In this document: positions 1 to 8,900 of the stretch, piece after piece
How the letters are laid out: each line of letters opens with the position of its first letter
How positions within the stretch are numbered: the stretch's first letter is position 1
From: an uncultured virus (IMG/VR IMGVR_UViG_3300044956_001223)
Lineage: Duplodnaviria > Heunggongvirae > Uroviricota > Caudoviricetes
Length of the DNA stretch: 64,000 nt
IMG/VR virus record: IMGVR_UViG_3300044956_001223
Strand: one strand, 5' to 3'
Notes under the pieces: model-generated
The model's input: the letters and a program-made list of their open reading frames with translations, nothing else
What the model was told of the DNA's origin: nothing
Database searches by the model: none
Program-made: the position numbers and the translations under genes

Positions 1-2
1 TC

Positions 3-167
3 ATAGAAGTGCATAATTATTTTGGAAATATCAATGAAATAACAGATAAATTGATGAATAGTGGATTTGATATAGTTACTAGTCAAAATCCAATAATTAA
101 ATTTGAATTTAAGGACTCAATAACTATGCTAAAATGCAAAAGGAATAATAGGTTAAGTTTAGATTAA
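3..167 (+). CDS. 3' end of a gene truncated by the window edge; resembles an FkbM-type methyltransferase C-terminus
   Basis: Manual translation IEVHNYFGNINEITDKLMNSGFDIV...RLSLD*; the IEVH...L...GF pattern is typical of FkbM/Methyltransf_21 C-termini. Confidence 0.4.
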   Translation: MEVHNYFGNINEITDKLMNSGFDIVTSQNPIIKFEFKDSITMLKCKRNNRLSLD

Positions 168-182
168 TTTTAATATTATATA

Positions 183-188
183 GTGTAA
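183..188 (+). promoter_or_regulatory. GTGTAA motif (putative phage late promoter)
   Basis: agtgtaat just upstream of ATG 197; the same hexamer recurs in six other + strand intergenic gaps. Confidence 0.55.
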
Positions 189-196
189 TATCTTAT

Positions 197-712
197 ATGA
201 CAAATAAAATTGTAGATATTGCAGATGAACTTTACCGAGAAATGGCGGAGCCAGAAGATATAAGTATACCTTCTATAGCGCATTGGTTAAGAACAAATAT
301 AGGTGATTTAAATATTACTATAAATAAAAATTATAGCATTAACGAGAATACTTTAGAAATAGAAGTTCCAAATGGCGATACTTTTGGTCCAACAGAAAAA
401 AGCATATTTAAAATGCTTTATAGTATTCATTACTATGAAAGATTATTTAGAGCAGCTTTAGGTGCAGCTAGCGCAGATAGCATAATTGAAATAGATCAAA
501 ATGGATTTAGAGCCAGAAAAATAAACAAAAATGAATTAGCAAAAAATTACGCAGAACTTAGAAAGCAAATTGTTGCCGAGTTAATGGAGCTTACTAAAAA
601 CTATAATCTTAATGAAGCCAGACCATTACAAATTGCAGGAGACGATGTTTATCAAGAAAGTAATAGGCCATTTACTTATAGTTCTTATATTAGAAACTTA
701 GAGAATTTATAA
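197..712 (+). CDS. Putative head-tail adaptor/neck protein
   Basis: 171 aa, helical-looking; first of four small genes before the tail tube gene (synteny only). Confidence 0.4.
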   Translation: MTNKIVDIADELYREMAEPEDISIPSIAHWLRTNIGDLNITINKNYSINENTLEIEVPNGDTFGPTEKSIFKMLYSIHYYERLFRAALGAASADSIIEIDQNGFRARKINKNELAKNYAELRKQIVAELMELTKNYNLNEARPLQIAGDDVYQESNRPFTYSSYIRNLENL

Positions 713-716
713 TTTT

Positions 717-1157
717 ATGGCAACAAGTTTTTTATCAAGCGCTGATAAGTCTTGGTTTGACGACTCGGTTGATGTCTGGTTTGAAACTTTTAAAAGTATA
801 ATTACAATACATAAAGAACCATTAAAAACAATTTCTGTTTTAAATAACCCAAACTATGGATACGAGGAAAATACAAATCTAGAACAAGTTGAGTATACGC
901 CAAGATACGGAAGTTATTATGCTGTAGTTAAATATGAAAATCCAAATGATTTAGAGAATGTTCCAGACATAAAAACTAGATTTACAAATCAAATTATTTC
1001 AATACAAGTAAAACAAAACGCGAGAGATTACATTAAAAATGACAATACTTTAAAAATTGAGTTTCAGGGTAAATCTTTTAATATCATCAGCAATGATGTT
1101 GTAAGAAAATATTTTGATAAGATTTACTATGTTTTTTATTTAGAGGAAACAAAGTAA
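717..1157 (+). CDS. Putative head-closure/stopper protein
   Basis: 146 aa, beta-rich C-terminus (LKIEFQGKSFNII...YYVFYLE) like gp16/FII-type closure proteins; synteny. Confidence 0.4.
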   Translation: MATSFLSSADKSWFDDSVDVWFETFKSIITIHKEPLKTISVLNNPNYGYEENTNLEQVEYTPRYGSYYAVVKYENPNDLENVPDIKTRFTNQIISIQVKQNARDYIKNDNTLKIEFQGKSFNIISNDVVRKYFDKIYYVFYLEETK

Positions 1158-1741
1158 TGAGCTACGTCAATTTAGCCTCTGTTAAAAAAAAGATATCTAA
1201 ATCTGAAAAACTGATTAATCAAACAGAGAAAATCGTACAAAATAGATTTCAAGCTGCACAAAATAGATATTTAAATGAATTTGAATCACATCCAGTCACA
1301 AGAGAAATAGAAGCTGGGCCCAAATCCTCAAATGTATCTAATACTTTGGGTGGGGTAGGAAATTTATTTAGCTTTATTGGCTTTAATAGCGCTGATAATC
1401 CTATACAATCTATTAGAAATTATATTAAGTCTAATTTTAAATTAGGCAAACCAAAAATTTTATCACGCGGAGGTAAAATAAGATTAGATTTTGAAATAAG
1501 TTATCCATCTCTAGAGGACTTAAAGAATATTTCGCCTATGCCATGGGAAGGCGGAAGGAGTTGGGTTTCTTCGATAGAACGAGGGATATCTGGATTTAGC
1601 AATTATATTTACAAAAGATTTGTTGAAGGTAGATCGGGAGAAGCTTTACAATCTAAAAATAAAATTAGAGGAAATGTTTATAGGCCAACAAAATATATGT
1701 CTAGTATTATAAATAATTTTATTAAAGGAATTAGAAAATGA
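1157..1741 (+). CDS. Putative neck/tail completion protein
   Basis: 194 aa basic protein at the position usually held by HK97 gp10-like genes. Confidence 0.35.
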   Translation: MSYVNLASVKKKISKSEKLINQTEKIVQNRFQAAQNRYLNEFESHPVTREIEAGPKSSNVSNTLGGVGNLFSFIGFNSADNPIQSIRNYIKSNFKLGKPKILSRGGKIRLDFEISYPSLEDLKNISPMPWEGGRSWVSSIERGISGFSNYIYKRFVEGRSGEALQSKNKIRGNVYRPTKYMSSIINNFIKGIRK

Positions 1742-2577
1742 AAAGTCATTTCGATAACGATACAATGTCTAGCATGATATTGTTTTTAGATCATGTGATT
1801 TGTAATGAGGGACAAGGTTATACAAATTATTCTGGAAAATTTTATAGCACAAGTAATTTATTTAATAATTTATATACATATAGTCTTCCATTCAAACAAG
1901 TCATTTCTGACTCGTCGGTTTCTGGAGCGAGTATTTTATCTGGAGTTTATTTAAATGGTAGTTTTATTAAAAATGGTCAAAGCAATTTAATATCAATAAA
2001 TCATCATAATGGCCAAGCTTTTTTTAACACCGGCATAAATGTTAGTCAATTAAGTGGATATTACGCAGTTAAAGATTTTAATATATATTTAACGAACAAA
2101 GCTGAAGAGGAGGTATTATTCGAAACTCAATATTATGTTAGACCTAAAATTACTCAAAATATAACAGGTTTAGCGCCTAATACATTAACCGCTCCAGCCA
2201 TATTTATTAAATCAAATAAGAGCGTAAACGAGCCTTTTGCTTTTGGTGGGGTAGTTGACGCTAAAATAGAGATAAGAGCAATAGTTTTAGCTGATAGCTT
2301 ATTTAATCTTGATGCGGTATGCGGTCTATTAAGAGATACGGCCCATAGAAGAATTCCTCTTATAAGAAACAACGATTTGGGAATGAATTATCTAGGTTGT
2401 GTTAATAGTGGATTTTATAATTATGCAAATTTAAGAGATATTAAAATTAATGAGGCAGATAGCTTCTATATAGAAGAAGTGCTTATAAGTAAAAATTTTA
2501 ATTTTATGGATAAGATAAACCAAGCTATATTTCCAGCTTTTGTAGATTTTACTCTTAGTAAAATAAGAAAACTATGA
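1738..2577 (+). CDS. Putative tail terminator/completion protein
   Basis: 279 aa directly before the tail tube gene; PAIFI motif followed by beta strands. Confidence 0.4.
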   Translation: MKSHFDNDTMSSMILFLDHVICNEGQGYTNYSGKFYSTSNLFNNLYTYSLPFKQVISDSSVSGASILSGVYLNGSFIKNGQSNLISINHHNGQAFFNTGINVSQLSGYYAVKDFNIYLTNKAEEEVLFETQYYVRPKITQNITGLAPNTLTAPAIFIKSNKSVNEPFAFGGVVDAKIEIRAIVLADSLFNLDAVCGLLRDTAHRRIPLIRNNDLGMNYLGCVNSGFYNYANLRDIKINEADSFYIEEVLISKNFNFMDKINQAIFPAFVDFTLSKIRKL

Positions 2578-2646
2578 AAAAATTAAATTTCTCTTTAATT
2601 TTTAATAAATGTAATATAATATGAATTTCAAAGGAGAATATAGAAT

Positions 2647-3555
2647 ATGCCAGTAACATACTATCCAGCACAAGTATTAACAGTAACTACTGGAGCCTTA
2701 AATACAGAGGTCCAGATTGAATTAGTCCAAAGCGCGGATGTAGATTTTTCTGTTGGTCGTCAAGACGTTTTTGAATTTGGTAATCTCTACGCCGTAGACA
2801 ATATACAAATAGAACCAGCAACCGTAACGCTTAATTTTTCTTATGCCCTCGCTTCAGGTTCAGCAGTTAACCCCGTAAATGCTGTCAGACTTGGAATGGG
2901 TAATTTTGATACATTTTTAAATGATCAAGGAAGAACTTATGGTATTTCTGGCGCAGGCAGACTTGTTATTACAAGTGGAATTATAAGTTCTTATTCCGTA
3001 GAAGGATCCGTAGGAAATATTCCCACTGTTTCTGTGACTGTAGATGCTACAAATGCGCAATATTTTCCAGCCAATCCTTTATTTAAAGGCACTGCTGGCT
3101 TCGCTGGAAGCGAAACATATGCAAGAGTTATACAGCCAAAAGATATTAACGTCAGAATTGGCGTGCCTCCCTCATATGATCAAAATGCAGTAACTGGTCT
3201 TAGAACTTATGAAGCAAGAAGCTTTACATTTACTTTAGATGTACCAAGAAATAAAATAAATAAACTTGGAACCATCAATCCAATAGCTAATATTTTAGCT
3301 GGCCCTCCTAAAGTTACTGTAGACGCAGAAATTATATTAAACGGAGAAGATAATCCAAAATTTGATCCAGATACACCTCAAACAGTGTTGATAGATTGCG
3401 GAGATAAAGATTTCTCAATCTCCTCAGCCAAGTTGTCTAACTTTACAGTTACTAATACTCTTGATGATATTCAAGTTGCTTCAATAACTTTAGAAGCTCC
3501 AGTAACTGGCGCACAATCTCTTACTCTTGAGGGCGAATCGGCCGTAGCACCATAA
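2647..3555 (+). CDS. Major tail tube protein
   Basis: 302 aa, acidic, V/T/S/G-rich, two VQSADVDFS..RQDV / ARSFTFTL..PR.KI-type segments; strong SD aaggag; lies upstream of chaperones and tape measure gene. Confidence 0.65.
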   Translation: MPVTYYPAQVLTVTTGALNTEVQIELVQSADVDFSVGRQDVFEFGNLYAVDNIQIEPATVTLNFSYALASGSAVNPVNAVRLGMGNFDTFLNDQGRTYGISGAGRLVITSGIISSYSVEGSVGNIPTVSVTVDATNAQYFPANPLFKGTAGFAGSETYARVIQPKDINVRIGVPPSYDQNAVTGLRTYEARSFTFTLDVPRNKINKLGTINPIANILAGPPKVTVDAEIILNGEDNPKFDPDTPQTVLIDCGDKDFSISSAKLSNFTVTNTLDDIQVASITLEAPVTGAQSLTLEGESAVAP

Positions 3556-3562
3556 TATTTTT

Positions 3563-3593
3563 AACTAATAAAAATTAGAAGTTTTTGTTAGTT
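3563..3593 (+). terminator. AT-rich hairpin after the tail tube gene (possible terminator or stabilising stem)
   Basis: aactaataaaaa (3563-3574) pairs with tttttgttagtt (3582-3593), one G-U pair. Confidence 0.3.
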
Positions 3594-3625
3594 TTAGTTA
3601 GTATCTATTATAAGGTAAAAGGTGT

Positions 3626-3841
3626 ATGTCAAAGGAAAAGGACTATATCAAGTTTCAACTTAGAAGAAAAATAACTAATTTATTTAAGAATTTCTTTTTT
3701 ATTTTAGAAGATATTGCTTCAGATAATAAATCTATATCTAATGAGAAATATCAACAAATCAGAAAAAGAGTTCTTGATTATGGTAATGATACAATAAGAG
3801 AAATAGAAGAGGATATAGATAAGTTTAATATATCTTTATGA
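3626..3841 (+). CDS. Hypothetical protein
   Basis: 71-aa ORF with leader motif AGG-TAAA-AGG, coupled to the next gene. Confidence 0.6.
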   Translation: MSKEKDYIKFQLRRKITNLFKNFFFILEDIASDNKSISNEKYQQIRKRVLDYGNDTIREIEEDIDKFNISL

Positions 3842-4098
3842 AAATGAAATTTGCTTTTAATATAGAAAGTATTATTGAAGGTAATCTAGCCCTACAATCT
3901 GTAGCTAGAACTTTGCAAAACGAATATAAAATATATAATCCAAATTTAAAATTATTAACTAGCGAAAAATTTATTAATAGCTACAACAATTGGCCATCTT
4001 CAAAAAAAGAAAACTTTATAAGATTAATTGCTGGAAGAGCGAACTTTAAAAAAGGATTAAATTTTTTCAATAGATTAGGAGAAAATGATGGACTTTAA
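3838..4098 (+). CDS. Hypothetical protein
   Basis: 86-aa ORF with ATGA overlap. Confidence 0.55.
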   Translation: MKMKFAFNIESIIEGNLALQSVARTLQNEYKIYNPNLKLLTSEKFINSYNNWPSSKKENFIRLIAGRANFKKGLNFFNRLGENDGL

Positions 4099-4933
4099 AA
4101 AATTATATACATTCAAAGTAGACCAAGAAGCTTCTATAGAAGAAGTAGAAATTTCCAAGGATGACAAAGGCGAAGAAATAAAAACTATTAAAAAAGTAAA
4201 GAAAAATATTCCTTTAGAATTCGCAATTAAAAAACCAAATAGAGTAATGTTTGAAGATGCAGAATTATTTTATGGAATTAGACTTTCCGAATCAATCAAA
4301 GCTGGCCTTCTTCCAAAAGCTCTCGTTGTTAAAAGATTTGAAAATGACGGAGGAGCACTTTCTAGACAAGAAGAAGCTAGAGTAAAAGAATTAATAGAAA
4401 AATTAGCTATTGCTCAGAAAGAAATATTTTTATATGAAACCAAAGGTGAAAAATCAAGAACAGAAATAGATGAATCAAATTTTCAATCTAATATTGGCAC
4501 AATTCAAAGAATTAGACAAGAACTAATAGAAATAGAAAGAACCAAAAGTGAAATTTTCGAACAAACCGCGGAGAATAGAGCAAGAAATAAAACGATTATG
4601 TGGTGGGTTTTAAATTTAGCTCATAAAAAAGAAGGTGATAAATTTGTTCCATTTTTCGGAGAAGGCACATACGAAGAAAGGTTAAAAAAATATGACGATA
4701 TTGAAGAGTCAGAAAATGAATTTCTTAAGAAGATTCTTGTAAGATTTGCTTATTTAATTACTTTTTGGTACGTAGGAAAAATATCCACAGAAAAAGATTT
4801 CGAAGAAGTAGATCTTCACGATATTGATGCTGTAGAGGAATTAAACTCTAAAATAGAAGATCTTGAAAAAGAAGAAAAGCAAGCCGTAGAATTAAAAGAC
4901 AAAGAAAGTGAAACAGGAAAAGTATCAGAGTAA
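4085..4933 (+). CDS. Putative tail assembly chaperone
   Basis: 282 aa, charged/coiled-coil, between tube and tape measure genes. Confidence 0.45.
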   Translation: MMDFKKLYTFKVDQEASIEEVEISKDDKGEEIKTIKKVKKNIPLEFAIKKPNRVMFEDAELFYGIRLSESIKAGLLPKALVVKRFENDGGALSRQEEARVKELIEKLAIAQKEIFLYETKGEKSRTEIDESNFQSNIGTIQRIRQELIEIERTKSEIFEQTAENRARNKTIMWWVLNLAHKKEGDKFVPFFGEGTYEERLKKYDDIEESENEFLKKILVRFAYLITFWYVGKISTEKDFEEVDLHDIDAVEELNSKIEDLEKEEKQAVELKDKESETGKVSE

Positions 4934-5906
4934 AAGATTATTTTCTGATATTATAAATGGGTTTTCAGAATTTAAAGAACCGGCAGATAAAAATTTATGT
5001 TTTGTTAAGCACTTCAATGAATTAGATTTTGCTAATTTTGAAAGCAAAAAAAATGAATTTTATCAAAAAGCGATAAAATTAAAATTACCAACAAAAGAAG
5101 AAAAAGAAAAATATATTTTTGATGAAGGCCTTTGGACAAAAGAAGCCGATATCGAAATATTCAATAAATCATCCTATCTTGAAAATTTAAGAAAATCAAA
5201 AAGTAAATTATTTTTAATTTCTCAAATAGAACAAATCAATAAAGAAATTGCCACAATTGAAATAGAATTAAAATTAAAAAAAACAGAAAGAGATAATTTA
5301 ATCGGATATACTGCTGAAAAATATGCAGATAACAGAATGAATATCATTCATATATCGAATTCTATATATAAAGATAAAAACTTAACTCAAAAATTATTTT
5401 CTGAGGAAGATTTAGAAGATTTTGATGATAAAAAATTTTATGACTATATTATTGAATACAATCGCGTTATGGATGTATTTAAAGAAGAAACGATCAAAAA
5501 ACTTGCAATAGAAAATAATGTACAAGTTTTAATAGGATTATGTGGAGATAATTTATATTATTTCTATTGTAAACCTTTAGCTTATTTAACGAGTTATCAA
5601 TCTTTATTACTTTTATATGGTAGATATTTCAGAGGAATTATGATGTCGGAAGAATATACTAAAATTCCAGAAAATATCAAAGAAGATCCAGATAAATTAA
5701 TGGATTGGTTTACAGCTAATAAAAATCTTAAAGATAAGACTAGAAAAAACAATAAAACAAGCGGTCCGTCATTTATAATGGGTGCTTCAGATAAAGATAT
5801 GAAAGCAATTGGCGGACAAGAAAATAGTGGAGATATTAATGAAATAGCTAAGCAAAAAGGTGGAGTTTTAGGAGTAGAAGAATTGGCTAAATTTTATAAA
5901 CGTTAA
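4908..5906 (+). CDS. Putative tail assembly chaperone 2 / hypothetical protein
   Basis: 332 aa, GTG start overlapping the previous gene, directly before the tape measure gene. Confidence 0.4.
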   Translation: MKQEKYQSKRLFSDIINGFSEFKEPADKNLCFVKHFNELDFANFESKKNEFYQKAIKLKLPTKEEKEKYIFDEGLWTKEADIEIFNKSSYLENLRKSKSKLFLISQIEQINKEIATIEIELKLKKTERDNLIGYTAEKYADNRMNIIHISNSIYKDKNLTQKLFSEEDLEDFDDKKFYDYIIEYNRVMDVFKEETIKKLAIENNVQVLIGLCGDNLYYFYCKPLAYLTSYQSLLLLYGRYFRGIMMSEEYTKIPENIKEDPDKLMDWFTANKNLKDKTRKNNKTSGPSFIMGASDKDMKAIGGQENSGDINEIAKQKGGVLGVEELAKFYKR

Positions 5907-5927
5907 GAAGATATTTTCTTAGTTATA

Positions 5928-5954
5928 GTGTAATAATCTATAATAGGAAAAAGG
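5928..5954 (+). promoter_or_regulatory. GTGTAA motif plus AGG-AAAA-AGG leader element
   Basis: GTGTAA 5928-5933; agg-aaaa-agg 5945-5954; ATG 5958. Confidence 0.55.
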
Positions 5955-5957
5955 TAA

Positions 5958-8900
5958 ATGAGTGATCTAAGGTTATTAGTAGATGCCGATACAAGGCAAG
6001 CGGAAGGTAAAATATCTAAATTAGCTTCTAGACCATTAAAATTAAATCTAAAGGATGCAATATCTCAGCCTTTGGGTAGAATAACAGGTAAAGTTAGTGA
6101 ATTCAATAAATCATTAGAAGCATCAAATGCCCGCGTTATTGCATTCGGTGCTTCAGCAGGAGCAATATTTACTATTCAAAAAGCCTTATCTGAAACAGTA
6201 AGAGCAGCTATACAAGTAGAAAAAGCTTTACAAGATATTAATGTTGTTTTAAATGTTTCAGGAAAAACTCTTGCAAAATTTGGAGATTCTTTATTTAAAA
6301 TAGCTAAAGATACAGGACAATCTTTTGATGCAGTCGCAGTAGCTGCCACCGAATTAGCTCGTCAAGGTTTGAGCGTAGAACAGACTTTAAAAAGAACAAG
6401 TGACGCATTAATTCTAAGTAGATTATCAGGATTAAGCGCCGCGCAGAGCGTAGAAACATTAACCGCTGCAATAAACAGCTTTAGCAGAGCCTCACTTACA
6501 TCTACTCAAATTATTAATAAATTTGCTAATGTTGATGCTGCGTTTGCAGTGAGTAGCGCAGACCTTGCTGAAGCTATAAGTCGAGTTGGCAGCACTGCTC
6601 AAGATGTAGGAGTTGATATAGATCAATTAATCGCTTTAGTTACTGCCGCACAACAAACTACCGCTAGGGGTGGAGCAGTAATTGGCAACAGCTTTAAAAC
6701 TATTTTTACTAGATTACAAAGATCAGATACACTTGATGCACTAGAAGAAGTCGGAGTTGCCGTAAGAGATTTAGAAGGAAACGCTTTACCTGCCACGGAG
6801 ATATTAGATAAATTAGCTACAAAATTTAATACTTTATCAAAAGCTCAACAAGCTGCTGTAGCAGAAACCGTTGGTGGCGTTTTTCAAATCAATATTCTTA
6901 GAGCGACATTAGGAGACTTGGGAAAAGAATATGGAGTATATGATGGTGCATTAAAAACCTCAATAGGATCAACTGATCAGGCTATTAGAAGAAACGAACA
7001 ATTAAATACTACTCTTGCTGCGTTAGTTAATAAAACATTAGTTAATGCAAATCAAGCTTCAGCAGAAATAGGAAATTTAGTTTTTGCTCCAGCCGTAGGC
7101 AAAAGTTTAAATGCTTTAAATTCAATTTTAGACGCATTTAATCAGCCGCAAGAAACTGAAGGAACAGGCACAAAAATAGCAAAAGGAATTTTAAGTGGAT
7201 TAGGAGATTATCTTTCTGGTCCAGGATTAGCGGTAATTGGCGCAGTAGTAGTTAGATTATTTGCTGGATTAACCACTTTTGGTGGAAATGCATTAAAAAC
7301 TTTACTAGGTATTAGTTCTGGTACAGATAAAATTGCACAAGCGCAAGCAAGAGTAAATGCTTTATTAGCTCAAAACCCACAATTAATCCAAGGGATTCTT
7401 TCTAAAGAATTAAGTTTACTTCAAGTAGAGCAACAAATTCTTGGAGTAATACAGCAACAAAACGCAGCAAGAGGAATTGCAGCTTCTATCGCATCAAGAA
7501 TAGCGCCGAAAGTCCCCGCGCCAAGAGCGTATGGAGGATTTATTCCAAATTTTGCAGATGCAGAAATTGCTGGAGCAAAAGCAGAAGGTTATAATGCTCA
7601 AAGAAGTTTTGCTGTTAATAATCCAGTTTTGGGTGGAGTTATAGTAAATAATAGAGAAAAAACAAATTCTGTCCCTGTAGGTGGATATCCAGCTGGAAGC
7701 TTTATAGTAAATCCAAAACAATTGAACCAAGTAAAAGGTGTTCCATTAATGCCTATAGAAAGAATGAAAAATAAAGGATTTATTCCAAATTTTGCAGATC
7801 CAATTTCACAAAATTATCCAGAAAAAACAAATCCAAGTTCCAAACTATCAATGATATATGCTCAAAAAGCTGAAAAGAGTAAATTTAAAGGAGATGCTGT
7901 TTTCGGTGGAAATGTTATACCAATTACATTTTTTGGTTCAGGATATAGAGCTAGTAAAGTTCGAAAACCTGCGGATGTTGATCTAGAGAAACAATTAGGA
8001 GATTACATAGTAAAATTTACAAACAATTTTGCAGAAAAAATATTTGAACCAAATGAAGAATTAAAAAGAGCAAAAAAATTAAGAAGCGTAGAAGAATTAT
8101 CAAATAAAGGATCATTTAGAAGTATTACTGGAACAGTTTTTGAATCCGCGGTAGACCTAGCCGCAGGTAAACCAAATGAAGGTCGAGGACAAAACGCTGG
8201 AGTTGATTTCGCCACCCCAAATGAATTTATAAAAAGATTATTTAATCGTATGCCTGGCGCATATGAAGCTAAAGTAAATGCGGATAAAGATCAATTAGAT
8301 AGCGTGGCTCAAAAAGCTATTCAAAATGGATTAATATCCTCTCAATTAAAAGAAATTATTACTGATCTTGGAGGAGTTTATCAGACTAAAAAAAGAGCAG
8401 GTGGAGTAAAAACAACAAGTTTAAAAGCTCCATCAAAAGCTCAAGGATTTATACCTAATTTCGCCGCGCTAGAAGATGCTGTAAAAAGAGAAAAAAGCGC
8501 TGGCATAGCATCAAGCATGATAAGAGTCGGCGCAAGTGAAAAATTAATATCAAGCAATAATCCCGCAGGTTTAGGAGTTTATAATACTAGAGATGAACCA
8601 GGAGGATTAAATCAAGGAATTAATAGAAGAAGATCAAAAGGATTTGTGCCGAATTTTGCTAAAGGACGGGATGTGTCAAATGCGATTGATTCAGCTTCAG
8701 GCAAATTAATTGCTTTAAGCTTAGTATTGCCACTTGTTTCAAGTATATTGCAAAAATTTGGAAATTCTAATTCTAAAGCATCTATAGCTTTAGATGGTTT
8801 TACAGAAGGTTTAAGTTTTGCATTAGTTGGACTAATATTACTTTCTGGTCCGGTTGGAAAAGCTCTTGGGCTTTTAGCGGGTGTAGCTGTAGGAGTTTAC

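Noticed and set aside
4085..5906. Lambda G/GT-type -1 frameshift between the chaperone genes
   Set aside because: The second ORF is in the +1 frame relative to the first, has its own GTG start, and no clear slippery heptamer is visible
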